Made by a program: the position numbers and the translations under genes. Source: Candidatus Spongiisociaceae bacterium (GTDB lineage: Bacteria; Actinomycetota; Acidimicrobiia; Spongiisociales; Spongiisociaceae). Taken from it: a stretch of 64,000 bases of DNA. The notes beneath the pieces are model-generated. The model searched no databases and was not told where the DNA came from. It worked only from the letters and a program-made list of their open reading frames with translations. The stretch lies in contig OZ253564.1 of the NCBI GenBank assembly GCA_965262915.1, positions 4,896,001 through 4,960,000 on the forward strand. Reading direction: 5' to 3'. Shown here piece after piece: positions 1 through 9,921 of this stretch. Position 1 is the first letter of the stretch. The number at the start of each line of letters is the position of its first letter.

Positions 1-250
1 GGCGTTCCTGGGCCTGGCGGGCGGAGTTGCGGGTCGCTTCATCGGTCGAGACCTCTCCCAGGAACGGGCCTCGCCCGTACGCGATGGCACCGATGCGGCG
101 CACCTCCTCGCAAGGACGCAGGGTGTTGTCGAAGGTCCTGGGGCCTTGTTCGGCGAGGAGTCCGTCGATCAGCAACCCACTGCGGGAAATGGCTGTCTCG
201 ACCACGTCGGATACCGACTCGGCCGTAACGGAGGAGTAATCGAACAACAT
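1..250 (-). CDS. M3-family Zn oligopeptidase, N-terminal part (runs off window)
   Basis: Manual translation from ATG at 250: MLFDYSSVTAESVSDVVETAISRSGLLIDGLLAEQGPRTFDNTLRPCEEV...; RTFDNTLRP resembles thimet/M3 oligopeptidase N-termini; -10-like TAGATT 7 nt upstream. Confidence 0.65.
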   Translation of the reverse strand, partial: MLFDYSSVTAESVSDVVETAISRSGLLIDGLLAEQGPRTFDNTLRPCEEVRRIGAIAYGRGPFLGEVSTDEATRNSARQAQER

Positions 251-260
251 CCCGCGCAAT

Positions 261-406
261 CTAGTGGCCTGTCCGTGGAATTGCGCCGTGGCATGCGCCG
301 GCAGCGGCCTTCCTCGCAAGGCCCGCCGACGAAGGCGTACCTGCAGCCCGGGTCGAGGAGGCGCCGGAGGCCATCAACCAGCGGCTGTGACCCGACGGAC
401 CACCGG
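261..406. mobile_element. MITE-like repeat family A, copy 1 (CTAGTGG.. end)
   Basis: First ~100 nt align with 50693 onward; degenerate terminal inverted repeat (10/15 match between 261-275 and 392-406). Confidence 0.6.
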
Positions 407-409
407 CCG

Positions 410-1417
410 TCATCGTATCTCTTCGTAGATGTCCCACCCCGGGTCGGGCTCAGCCACCACCTCGTACACCGCCGGACGCCAGCGATCGGCCAACCCTGAC
501 ACGGCCTCCACCCCGTCGGGGCCGGCGTAGGCGTATATGACCGTGAAGGTGTCGAATATCCGGTGGGCGAAGATCACCCCGTCGGCGCCGAGCCTCACGG
601 CAAGATCCTCCTCCACCCCACGGACCAGCCGGTCCTCGGACCCGGAGATCTCGATGCTGACGGTGAGGACGAACTCCATGTCCAGGAAATGGAGGCGTTT
701 CAGGGCCCGGTTGATGAACAGGTCGCAATCACCGAGGTCCGGGTCTTCCTCGTGCAACATCTGCCACTGCTGGCCTGTGGCGGCGGCGGCCTGCCGGTCC
801 ACCTCCCCGGCCATATCGAGGAAGGGCATTCCCCATGGAAGCGGGTGGGGCACAACGTCCACCGACCCGATCCACATCTCCATGCCATCCTCCCCCAGCA
901 GGTCGTCGAGCAGCCGGAAGGCACTCTGGAGCTGGAGGGTCTCGTCCATCCGGGCGAAATCGGGATGTCCGAGAGTCAGGTTCAGTTCCTCGGTGGAGGG
1001 ATCGGGCTCGACGACCACGGTCAGGTCGCGGGGATGGATACCGATCGTCCCGATGAAGCGCGGGGCGGGCTCCACCGCGATCCGGGCCGCGTGGTACTCC
1101 CAGGTGGTGTCAGCGGCCGGTCCGGCCCGGAGCCACTTCTCGGTCAGGGGACGCAGTGCCGGGTCGGCCGCCGCGCTCAGGCAGAGGGCGTAAAGGCCCG
1201 AGCGCCCCGCCATCAGGTCCCATTCGAGGTACGGGTCGATGGCCTTGGTCAGTTCGGTGAGTTCCTCGGTGCCCTCCCCGTAGTGACCGGCCTCCATCTC
1301 CTCTTCGAGGGGGGACCGCAGCTGGGGCCACGCCTCCCAGAAGGCGTCGATCGCTTCCCGGGTCACTGCCGGGCCCTCTCGTTGCGGCGGACGCCGCTCA
1401 ACCAGCGGCCCGAACAT
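410..1417 (-). CDS. Conserved hypothetical protein, DUF695-like
   Basis: Long ORF with GC-typical codon use; FW..W N-terminus, LLDDLLGEDGME.WIG.V and terminal DPGW motifs; start uncertain (1417 or 1366). Confidence 0.6.
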   Translation of the reverse strand: MFGPLVERRPPQREGPAVTREAIDAFWEAWPQLRSPLEEEMEAGHYGEGTEELTELTKAIDPYLEWDLMAGRSGLYALCLSAAADPALRPLTEKWLRAGPAADTTWEYHAARIAVEPAPRFIGTIGIHPRDLTVVVEPDPSTEELNLTLGHPDFARMDETLQLQSAFRLLDDLLGEDGMEMWIGSVDVVPHPLPWGMPFLDMAGEVDRQAAAATGQQWQMLHEEDPDLGDCDLFINRALKRLHFLDMEFVLTVSIEISGSEDRLVRGVEEDLAVRLGADGVIFAHRIFDTFTVIYAYAGPDGVEAVSGLADRWRPAVYEVVAEPDPGWDIYEEIR

Positions 1418-2225
1418 GACGGGGAGCAAGCGACCGGATCAGGTTGATGAACTGCTCCGCGATCCCTGGGGTTGCGAGGATGAAGTCGGTTGAGGTCACC
1501 GTCGCCGGACGCGTCACGAGGTCGGCGGACAACCCGCCCGCCTCGTCGACCAGCAGGAGCCCGGCGGCCACGTCCCAGGGCAGCAGGCCGTACTCCCAGA
1601 ACCCATCGAGTCTGCCGCAGGCCACCCAGGCAAAGTCGAGGGCCGCGGACCCGAGGCGACGCACGTCTCGCACCCGCAGCATCACCTGCCCCATGGCCGC
1701 GGTGTAGGCGAGCCCGTGGATGTCCCGGTCGTAGGGAAAACCGGTCCCCACCACGCACTCGGCCAGATTCGTACGCGACGAGACCCTGACGGGTCGATCG
1801 TCCAGATGGGTGCCCTCCCCCTTGGCGGCGCTGAAGACCTCGCCCCGCATCACGTCGATCACCGCCCCGGCCAAGGGGACCGCGCCATCCCACAGTCCAA
1901 CGGACACCGCCACCTGGGGGATGGCGTGGACGAAGTTCACTGTCCCGTCGAGCGGATCGACGATCCATCGCCGCCCCACCGGCTCTGTCCGGCCTCCCCG
2001 CTCCTCGGCCAGCACGCCGTCTTCGGGCCGGAGCGAGGCGAGGACATCCAATACCGCCTCCTCGGCCGCCCGGTCCACCTCCGTGACGGGATTCACGGCG
2101 CCCTTGAGCTCGGGGACGATCGCGCGACCGAACGCCTCCCGGATCACGCCGGCCCCTGCTCGGGCGGCGGCGATCGCCACTTCACGGTCGCTACGCGGGT
2201 GGCTGTCGGGGTCGGGGAAGTTCAT
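1398..2225 (-). CDS. suhB: Inositol monophosphatase family protein
   Basis: VTEVD, AEE, WIVDPLDGTVNF, RRLGSAALD, PWDVAAG motifs. Confidence 0.92.
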   Translation of the reverse strand: MNFPDPDSHPRSDREVAIAAARAGAGVIREAFGRAIVPELKGAVNPVTEVDRAAEEAVLDVLASLRPEDGVLAEERGGRTEPVGRRWIVDPLDGTVNFVHAIPQVAVSVGLWDGAVPLAGAVIDVMRGEVFSAAKGEGTHLDDRPVRVSSRTNLAECVVGTGFPYDRDIHGLAYTAAMGQVMLRVRDVRRLGSAALDFAWVACGRLDGFWEYGLLPWDVAAGLLLVDEAGGLSADLVTRPATVTSTDFILATPGIAEQFINLIRSLAPRHVRAAG

Positions 2226-2399
2226 GGGGGGTCCTGGGTTCGGTGGTCGGATGCGGGCTGGGTTGTCTCGGGTGCCAACCCGGGTCGGCCCTCCATCCGG
2301 CCTCACGTATGCTGGGATTCCTATCCTAAGAGGCGAACCGTCGGGTGTCGGGTATTGAGATGCCCAGCCGCCGACCGCCCCGCACGTACAATCCCGCCG

Positions 2400-3893
2400 G
2401 TGGCTTCGATGAAATCGGTTCTCCGTCTGGTCTCCTCGGTGGGGGCCGGGGTCCTGCTGGCCCTCGGGTACCCGCCGTTCGAGTGGACCGCGCTCTCCTG
2501 GTCGGGCTTGGTGGTCCTGTTGTGGCTGGTGGCGACCGCGCCCACTCGGCGGGTGGCGCTGTGGTCCGGGTACCTGTACGGGCTGGCCTACTTCGGCGTG
2601 ATCCTGTGGTGGCTGACCGAGGTGGAGCTGATCGCCTACTACCCGTTGGCGATGGTGCAGGCCGTGGCCCTGCTGATCGTGGCGGTCGGTGCCTACCGCT
2701 ACCGGGATGCTCCGCCCTGGATCTTCGTCCTGGCGGCGGCGGGGTCGTCCGGCCTGGCCGAGTTCCTGCGGGTGCGATGGCCGTTCGGGGGGTTCCCGTG
2801 GGGATCGATCGGCGTGACGGTGGGCGCCACCCCGCTGCGCCCCACCGCCCAGTGGTTCGGGGCCACGGGTTGGGGCGTCGTCCTGATGGGGATGGCCGCT
2901 ATAACGGTGATGGTGGTCCTGCGACGGCTGTGCTGGAAGGCGCTGGCCGGAGGGGTGGCGGTGCTGTGCCTGCTCGGGCTGGCCGGCAACATGTGGCCGG
3001 CCGTCCCCGAGGGGCAGCCGAGGGCGGTCACCATCGTGCAGGGCAACTCACCGTGCCCGGGGACCCGCTGCCCCGACGAGCGCCGACTGATCTACGAGAG
3101 CCACCTGGCGCTCACCCGGAGCCTGCCCCCGGGAGCGGACCTCATCGTGTGGCCGGAGAGTTCGACCGGAGGGCGCGCCGACCCGCTGCGGGACCCGGCG
3201 GTCACCGCCGCGATCGGGGACGAGGCGGTCAGGCTCGACGCCATGATCCTCGTCGGGGGGGACCTCGATGCGGGGCCGGACCACTTCCAGAACGTGAACA
3301 TGGTGTTCGGACCGGACGGGACCATCGTGGGCAAATACCACAAGCGGCACCCGGTGCCGTTCGGGGAGTACATACCGATCCGTCCCGTGTTCGAACGGGT
3401 ACCCGCCCTGGATCGGGTACCCCGCGACATGATTCGTGGCGACGAACAGGCCTTGTTCGATCTGGAGGGAGTGCCCTTCGGGACTGTGATCAGCTACGAA
3501 GGGGCCTATGCACGCTACGAGCGGCAGGCGGTCGGGTCGGGCGCGGCCTTCGTCGTGCTGGCCACCAACGAGGCCTCCTTCGGGGAGAGCGCGGCGAGCG
3601 ATCAGTTCATCGCCATCAGTCGGGTGCGGGCTGCCGAACTCGGGGTGGACATCGTCCACGCCGCAGTGACAGGCCGTTCGGCCTTCGTCCGTGCCGACGG
3701 CCGGGTCGAGGGGCTGACGGACCTCTTCGAGACCGCGACGGTGAGCGGGACCATCCCGGCCCGCTCCGCAGGTCCCACCCTCTACACAAGCTGGGGTGAC
3801 TGGCTCCAAGTGTCGGCGATGATCGCCTTCCTGGTTCTGGCCGTCCACACCTGGTTCTCGGGACGGCGCCGACCCGGGCGGAAGACGAAATAG
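2400..3893 (+). CDS. lnt: Apolipoprotein N-acyltransferase (nucleophile motif reads ISYE rather than ICYE)
   Basis: TM N-terminus with GGFPWG, IVQGN, IVWPES, YHKRHPVPFGEYIP, R.RAAE.G motifs; TACAAT 7 nt before GTG 2400. Confidence 0.9.
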   Translation: MASMKSVLRLVSSVGAGVLLALGYPPFEWTALSWSGLVVLLWLVATAPTRRVALWSGYLYGLAYFGVILWWLTEVELIAYYPLAMVQAVALLIVAVGAYRYRDAPPWIFVLAAAGSSGLAEFLRVRWPFGGFPWGSIGVTVGATPLRPTAQWFGATGWGVVLMGMAAITVMVVLRRLCWKALAGGVAVLCLLGLAGNMWPAVPEGQPRAVTIVQGNSPCPGTRCPDERRLIYESHLALTRSLPPGADLIVWPESSTGGRADPLRDPAVTAAIGDEAVRLDAMILVGGDLDAGPDHFQNVNMVFGPDGTIVGKYHKRHPVPFGEYIPIRPVFERVPALDRVPRDMIRGDEQALFDLEGVPFGTVISYEGAYARYERQAVGSGAAFVVLATNEASFGESAASDQFIAISRVRAAELGVDIVHAAVTGRSAFVRADGRVEGLTDLFETATVSGTIPARSAGPTLYTSWGDWLQVSAMIAFLVLAVHTWFSGRRRPGRKTK

Positions 3894-4013
3894 GCAGCCT
3901 TCGATGGGTATGGGACGCCACGGCTACCCACTGCACCCGAGGCATACCGTCGACCGCGAGCGCATCGATTCAGGTCGGAAGGGCGGTCGTAGGCGTACGG
4001 TTACGGTGAACCC

Positions 4014-4907
4014 ATGCGTATAGGCGTGGACCTCGGCGGTACCAAGATCGAAGGGGTGGTTCTCGACGACGGGGATGCTGTAGTGGTACGGCGACGGGTC
4101 CCCACCCCCACCGGCGACTATGCGGGAACCGTGCGCGCCGTGGTCCGCCTGATAGACGAACTCGAGACGGATGTGGGTGCGACCTGTACGGTGGGAATCG
4201 GTACACCCGGTTCGATCTCCCCCTTCACCGGGCTGATGCGTAACTCCAACTCGGTGGCGCTCAACGGCAGGCCGCTGGATCGAGACTTGGAGACCGCGCT
4301 GGTTCGCCGGATCCGTCTTGCCAACGATGCCGATTGTTTTGCCCTGTCCGAAGCCGTCAGCGGTGCCGGGCAGGATGTCCGAACCGTATTCGGGGTGATC
4401 ATCGGAACCGGGGTGGGCGCTGGTCTGGTGATCGACAGGGAGGTGCGGGTGGGACCGAACCGGATCACGGGCGAATGGGGCCACAACCCCTTTCCCGGAC
4501 TGGCCGCATCCTGTGACTGTTACTGCGGGCGGCGCGGGTGCATCGAGTTGTACCTATCGGGTCCGGCCGCCGCGGCCGAATACCGCCGGGAGAGCGGGAT
4601 CGAACTCTCCGCCGAGCAGGTTATGGGTCGGGTGGGAGAGGATCGGTGGGCGCGGGCGATCCTCGACCGGTATGTCACCCGGCTGGCCCGGGCTCTGGCG
4701 GCCGTCATCAACATCCTCGACCCCGACATCGTGGTCCTGGGCGGAGGGCTGTCCAATGTCGACGAACTGTACGAAACTGTCCCTACGCTCTGGGGGGAGT
4801 GGATCTTTTCCGACGGCGTGGCCACCCGCCTGGCCAAGAACCATCACGGTGACTCGGGCGGGGTGCTCGGCGCTGCATGGCTCTGGCCCGCCGGCGTACG
4901 GAGCTAG
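4014..4907 (+). CDS. ROK family sugar kinase (fructokinase/Mak-like)
   Basis: IGVDLGGTKIE, NDADCFALSE, GTGVG, GEWGH, CYCG..GCIE motifs. Confidence 0.92.
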   Translation: MRIGVDLGGTKIEGVVLDDGDAVVVRRRVPTPTGDYAGTVRAVVRLIDELETDVGATCTVGIGTPGSISPFTGLMRNSNSVALNGRPLDRDLETALVRRIRLANDADCFALSEAVSGAGQDVRTVFGVIIGTGVGAGLVIDREVRVGPNRITGEWGHNPFPGLAASCDCYCGRRGCIELYLSGPAAAAEYRRESGIELSAEQVMGRVGEDRWARAILDRYVTRLARALAAVINILDPDIVVLGGGLSNVDELYETVPTLWGEWIFSDGVATRLAKNHHGDSGGVLGAAWLWPAGVRS

Positions 4908-4961
4908 TCGCTATGGCAGCGGTCGCTACGATTCCAGTGACACTGACGCAGTGGAGGTGAG

Positions 4962-5666
4962 TTGATGGGATCCGGCCGCAGAGCCCGAGTCTGGATCGGA
5001 CTGGTGCTCGTGATACTCGGGGCAGTGTTTCTACTGGACAATCTGACCGATTGGCATTTTCCCCGCCAGACCCTCTGGCCCATCATCCTGATCGCCGTCG
5101 GCATGACGAACCTGGTGCGGCGCGGCTCGCCCGGGTGGCTAGGCGGCGCGATCACTCTATTGGGGGTGGTGTTCCTGCTCGACGCCTTGGACGTAGTGAC
5201 GTTCCACATGCGGGATGTCGGGCGGTTCTGGCCGGTGCTCCTGCTGGTCATCGGGGTCCAGATCCTTCTCGGCAACAGGAAGACTCGCCATGGACGCGCC
5301 CGGCGTCGAGATTCGACCGCCGTAGGTGGCTCCGATCACCTCGGAGCTACCTACGTATTCGGCTCAGGCGTGCAGCGGGTAACGAGCCAGAGTTTCTCGG
5401 GTGGCGCGGCCACCGCCGTGTTCGGGACGGCCCGCATAGACCTGCGCCCTGCATCTCTCGCCGACGGAGGAGCGACGATCGATCTGACGGTTCTCTTCGG
5501 CAGCGCCGAACTCCGGCTACCCGACAACTGGGCAGTCGACGCGCAGACCACCTGCTTCCTGGGGGGTGTGGAGGACAAACGCCCCCAGTCGGTAAGCAGC
5601 ACTGACGGAGAGCAGGTCACCATCACCGGCGTCTGTATGTTCGGGTCGGTCGTCATCGATTCCTGA
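4962..5666 (+). CDS. LiaF-like membrane protein (DUF5668 TM region + cell-wall-antibiotic-response C-terminal domain)
   Basis: Repeated WP.LLI TM units and VFG...IDLR / LFG.AEL..P..W motifs; GGAGG RBS. Confidence 0.75.
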   Translation: MMGSGRRARVWIGLVLVILGAVFLLDNLTDWHFPRQTLWPIILIAVGMTNLVRRGSPGWLGGAITLLGVVFLLDALDVVTFHMRDVGRFWPVLLLVIGVQILLGNRKTRHGRARRRDSTAVGGSDHLGATYVFGSGVQRVTSQSFSGGAATAVFGTARIDLRPASLADGGATIDLTVLFGSAELRLPDNWAVDAQTTCFLGGVEDKRPQSVSSTDGEQVTITGVCMFGSVVIDS

Positions 5667-5740
5667 ACCCGGCGTAAGGTCGGCACGGACTTGCAATTGA
5701 TGCAGAGATCGGCCGGGAATCCGCAGGTGTCTGCCCGGGG

Positions 5741-7057
5741 CTAGCGCTTGGCCGGTCCCCACCAGCCGGACAGCACTTCGTTGAATGTCTCCGCGGGCAA
5801 CAGCACCTGGGCGCCTTCGGAAGTCCGGTAGTCCTCGACCGGAATCCGCAGCTGGGTTACCTGGGACGGGTCGATAGCCCGGTAGCGCCAGACCCACTCG
5901 ACAGCCTGCGCGATCGACCAACCGCTGTCGAGTCGGAACGTATGGGAAAGGTTCTGGAGAGAGGAAACCAGAGTAGCGAGAGACGAACTCCGGAGCTGCC
6001 CGGCAAGTTTGAGCAGCAACTCGCGCTGGTGTTGCTGACGGCTGAAATCCGACGACCATGCCTGGCGCCACTCCCCCTCCACCAGCTGGGTGGCATTGCG
6101 GGATCGGGCATATGCCAGCGCGGTAGCCCCGTCCGTCCGGCACGAAGGTTCGGGAATGTCCAAGCCGGCTTTCTCGTCATAGGTGGGGTACTCGAAACAT
6201 ATCTGGACCCCGCCCAACCCGTCCACCAACTCGACGAAGCCCTCGAAGTTGATCCGCACGTAGTGGTCGACTTCTACACCGGTGAACTTCTCGATGGCCA
6301 GGGACAGGAGTTCCGGTCCGTTGGCCCACCCGGTGCATCCGCCCAGGTTGGCGTTGACCCGCCGGTAATCGTCGGAGCAGAAGTTGTACAGGTAGAGATC
6401 GCGAGGGATCGAGACCAGGGCAGGCGCCGAGCCACCTTCGGGAAACAATGCCAGGATGATGCTGTCGGCCAGGTAGCCGCTCGCGTCGGCGCCTACAAGC
6501 ACGACTGCGTTGAACATCCCGTCGGGTAGTGGAGGGCTGGAGGCGTTGGGAATCTCGATGGGATCCTCGGCCTCTACCTCCGGAGAAACCGATATCTCCT
6601 CGGGTTCTTGGATCGGTGGGTCGTCCTCCTCTTCAGGCTCAGTCGAGTAAACCACTCGGGACAGTTCGTCTTCCGGCGGCTGCCCGGGTCCGGGACCGAG
6701 CGTTTCCTCCAACTCCTCGATCCTCTCTCGGCTCTCGCGCACCTCCTCGGGAGTCCGTTCTTCCAGCTCGTTCCTGGCCTGGCCCGGATCATGTGGCTCC
6801 GCGTCCTTGAAGGACTGGAAGACAAGGATCACCAGGGTCAGCACTACGGCCACTACCCCGAGAACCCCGATCCATATCAGCCGCCGGATGCTGCGAGGCG
6901 ACCACCTGCGTGCGGCGTGCTTACCCAATGTGGTCAGTCCCCATTCGACAACAGCTTCCCCGGGCTGTCCTGCGAGGCCACCCGATACGGCTGGATGGCC
7001 CCCCGGCCACGACATCGGCAAGTGCTCGTGTCGACCGGGACGGGATGACCCGACCAT
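5741..7057 (-). CDS. LCP (LytR-CpsA-Psr) family protein
   Basis: TM anchor, acidic linker, LVGAD, ADSI, VSIPRDL, F..LVD.LGGV, ALAYARSR, SDF.R..QR; start uncertain. Confidence 0.88.
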   Translation of the reverse strand: MVGSSRPGRHEHLPMSWPGGHPAVSGGLAGQPGEAVVEWGLTTLGKHAARRWSPRSIRRLIWIGVLGVVAVVLTLVILVFQSFKDAEPHDPGQARNELEERTPEEVRESRERIEELEETLGPGPGQPPEDELSRVVYSTEPEEEDDPPIQEPEEISVSPEVEAEDPIEIPNASSPPLPDGMFNAVVLVGADASGYLADSIILALFPEGGSAPALVSIPRDLYLYNFCSDDYRRVNANLGGCTGWANGPELLSLAIEKFTGVEVDHYVRINFEGFVELVDGLGGVQICFEYPTYDEKAGLDIPEPSCRTDGATALAYARSRNATQLVEGEWRQAWSSDFSRQQHQRELLLKLAGQLRSSSLATLVSSLQNLSHTFRLDSGWSIAQAVEWVWRYRAIDPSQVTQLRIPVEDYRTSEGAQVLLPAETFNEVLSGWWGPAKR

Positions 7058-7236
7058 GCAGGCAACCTGCCCCCGGAAGCGATGGACCGGGAGTCTCCCG
7101 GGAGAACCGGCTCACCCGCCACGGCGCCGGACCACCCTCACATCGGCTCGACCACTCATGCACGAGACACGAAACTAACCGTCCGGGGAAACTATGCAGG
7201 GATTCCGCACTCCGACCGAGGAGTCGAGACGCTCCA

Positions 7237-7926
7237 TCAGGTCAGACCGTCGATCCAGGCGTCGAACAACCGATAGGCCCCATCGGCCAACTCCTGTTCG
7301 GCGTGAGCCATGCCTGCGGCGAACTCCTCGGGGCTGCTTCCGGCCCTCTCCACCATCTCGCGGGCGCCGTGATTGGCCCACTTGTTGGCCTCGGAATTAT
7401 GCGCTTCGGGATGAAACTGGATTGCAAGCGCCGACCCCGACGCAAAGGCCTGAGGGAACCGGTCGGAACTGGCCAGCAGCACGCTTGCGGGAGGCGGGTC
7501 GAACGTGTCCTGGTGCATTTCGAACACCCGCCGGCCGGCCACGTTGGATACCACCGGGTGGCGACGTCCGGCGTCGGTGAGTTCGACGGGAACTGCTCCC
7601 ACCTCCGGGCGGTCAGCCAGGTAGGCCCGACCTCCGAGAGCGGCCGCCAGCAGTTGGGATCCGAGACAGATCCCCAGCACGGGGATGTCCCGCTCCACCA
7701 ACTCGCGCACCAGTTCCATCTCGTCGACGAGGTAGGGATGCTCCTCGGTCTCGTAAGCGCCCATAGTGCCGCCCATCGTCACCAGAGCCTCTATCTCATC
7801 CGCCTGCGGCAACGGCTCTCCATCGATCACCGTGATCTCCTCCCACTCCACCCCGCAGTGCTCCAAACGCTCGGCGAGCCTGCCCAAGGACTCGTGGGAA
7901 TGCTTGATCACCACCATCTTCCCCAT
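7237..7926 (-). CDS. Type 1 glutamine amidotransferase (GMP synthase-like)
   Basis: PVLGICLGSQLLA and QFHPE motifs. Confidence 0.88.
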   Translation of the reverse strand: MGKMVVIKHSHESLGRLAERLEHCGVEWEEITVIDGEPLPQADEIEALVTMGGTMGAYETEEHPYLVDEMELVRELVERDIPVLGICLGSQLLAAALGGRAYLADRPEVGAVPVELTDAGRRHPVVSNVAGRRVFEMHQDTFDPPPASVLLASSDRFPQAFASGSALAIQFHPEAHNSEANKWANHGAREMVERAGSSPEEFAAGMAHAEQELADGAYRLFDAWIDGLT

Positions 7927-8112
7927 CGCCCGGCAGTCTACCGCCCCTATGGTCGCCCTTCACGGAGTCCGACGCCAACGCTCGATGAAGGTCCAGCAGA
8001 ATCAACAGCGGGGACACGACAAACCCGACGGGTGGCGGATAGGGACCAAGCGGCCCAACGCCCGCTGCCTCCGAATGTGCTTACCCACCCGTCGGTATCA
8101 AACGGAGAAGGA

Positions 8113-9558
8113 TCAGAGGAGGGGTTCGGGTCGGTAGGTCGCGGCTTCCGGGTGCTGTTCGACCACCTGAGCGATCTCCGCGGCGATGGCATCCACTTGG
8201 GCGCCCGCCCGGCCGCTCAGCACCCCGGACTCGGCGGCAGCGCGGACTCCGCCCGTACTGAGCGGGAACTCGGCATCGTCACCGAGAGCCGACCAGAGAT
8301 CGTACTCACCACCCGAGCGGCGGGCTTCTGCAGATCTCGACGTATGGGCCCGGATCACCCGGTGGGCCTGCTCGCGCCCCATGCCCGCCTTCACCGCGGC
8401 CGTGAGGACCCGCGTAGTGGTGAGGAACGGAAGCTCGGTGTTCAACTCGGCCTCGATCCTGCCCGAGAAGGCCCCGAAGTCGTCGAGAACATGCAGCGTC
8501 GACTCGAGCAGGCCGTCGCAGGCGAAGAACGAATCCGGCATCATCACCCTCCGCACCACCGAGTCGCTGACATCCCCCTCGTTCCACTGACGGCCGGCCA
8601 GACCATTCGCCATGGTGAGGTACCCGCTCAGTATCACCGCCAGCCCGTTGATCCGCTCGCAGGTCCGCATGTTCATCTTGTGGGGCATGGCCGACGAACC
8701 GACCTGTCCGGATCGGAACCCCTCGGTGACCAGGTCGCCGCCTGCCATGAGACGCAGCGTGGTGGCCAGGCTCGAGGGTCCGGCCGCCAGCTGAACCAGA
8801 ATGCTCACGACTTCCAGATCGAGGGACCGGGGGTAAACCTGTCCGACAGAGGTCATCACATCACCGAACCCGAGTGCCTCGACCACCATCAGTTCGAGCT
8901 TCTCGGCCTTCTCCCCGTCCCCGTCGAAGAGGTCGAGCAGATCCTGCTGCGTTCCGACCGGACCCTTGAGACCTCTGAGCGGATAGTCGGAGAGGGACTG
9001 CGCCAAGCGGCGGTAGGCCGGGAGGAGCTCGCCGGCGGCGGTCGCGAATCGTTTACCCAAAGTGGTGGGCTGGGCGGCAACGTTGTGGGTACGCCCGACC
9101 ACGAGCGTGTCTCGATACTCCAGTGCCCGGTCGGCAAGCCGGGCCAGAACCGCCACCGTCTTATCCCGGATGACCTCCAGGGACCGTCGGATGATCATCT
9201 GCTCCACGTTCTCGGTCACATCACGGGACGTGAGGCCCCTGTGTATGTGTTCGTGGCCCGCCAGCGCGCAGAACTCGTCGATGCGGGCCTTGACGTCGTG
9301 CCGGGTCACCTCCTCCCGGGCGCGGATCGATTCGAGATCGACCACTCGGATGACGGCCCGGTACGCCTCCAGCACCCCGCCGGGTACCGGCACCCCAAGT
9401 TCGATCTGGGCCTCTAGCACCACCATCCATAGTTGCCGCTCCATGACAACCCGGCCTTCCGGGGACCAAAGGGAGCGCACGGGTGTCGAGGCATAACGGG
9501 AAGCGAGGATGTTTGGAACGTCCAACTGCCCTGCGGCCTCTATCGGGATCGGCGACAT
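8113..9558 (-). CDS. purB: Adenylosuccinate lyase
   Basis: TRHDVKA, TSRDVTEN, GRTHNVAAQPTTLGKR, GSSAMPHKMN signature. Confidence 0.96.
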   Translation of the reverse strand: MSPIPIEAAGQLDVPNILASRYASTPVRSLWSPEGRVVMERQLWMVVLEAQIELGVPVPGGVLEAYRAVIRVVDLESIRAREEVTRHDVKARIDEFCALAGHEHIHRGLTSRDVTENVEQMIIRRSLEVIRDKTVAVLARLADRALEYRDTLVVGRTHNVAAQPTTLGKRFATAAGELLPAYRRLAQSLSDYPLRGLKGPVGTQQDLLDLFDGDGEKAEKLELMVVEALGFGDVMTSVGQVYPRSLDLEVVSILVQLAAGPSSLATTLRLMAGGDLVTEGFRSGQVGSSAMPHKMNMRTCERINGLAVILSGYLTMANGLAGRQWNEGDVSDSVVRRVMMPDSFFACDGLLESTLHVLDDFGAFSGRIEAELNTELPFLTTTRVLTAAVKAGMGREQAHRVIRAHTSRSAEARRSGGEYDLWSALGDDAEFPLSTGGVRAAAESGVLSGRAGAQVDAIAAEIAQVVEQHPEAATYRPEPLL

Positions 9559-9603
9559 GCGGAAAGAATGCTACCGCTCCTGAGTCCCAGGGCCTTCCGG
9601 CAA

Positions 9604-9643
9604 GGCAGGCGGGCAGGCGGGCAGGCGGGCAGGCGGGCAGGCG
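9604..9643 (+). repeat. Perfect octamer tandem repeat (GGCAGGCG)x5
   Basis: Read directly; lies just upstream of the purB promoter region. Confidence 0.9.
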
Positions 9644-9921
9644 GACGGCCGGATCGCAAGAACTTCGCTGCGTGAGGCGGTTGACCCTGTCACAGGCGTA
9701 CTGCATCATGGGGGATACCAAACATCCGAGCGGGCTCGAACGGGCGACATTCGACCGCCCGAGGAATCACGAATGTCGGAACCAGGTCGCCCGTAGCAAC
9801 CGGGACAGAACGCGCTCCGATATCAGGAACGGCGGTGGTGGGGTGGGCCCGGCAGAGGGGTGGGTGGCCGCGTTTTTCGCGATCTGACACGGGTTTCGGT
9901 TGTGTTACGGACTGGCGAAGG

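Noticed and set aside
6910-9417. Very long alternative ORFs (835 aa here; also 35137-37041, 52316-53914, 19881-21257, 26813-28144)
   Set aside because: Antisense shadows of well-supported genes, expected in high-GC DNA; no motifs.
9690-9890. 66-aa ORF between purB and the dehydrogenase
   Set aside because: No motif, RBS or convincing codon pattern.
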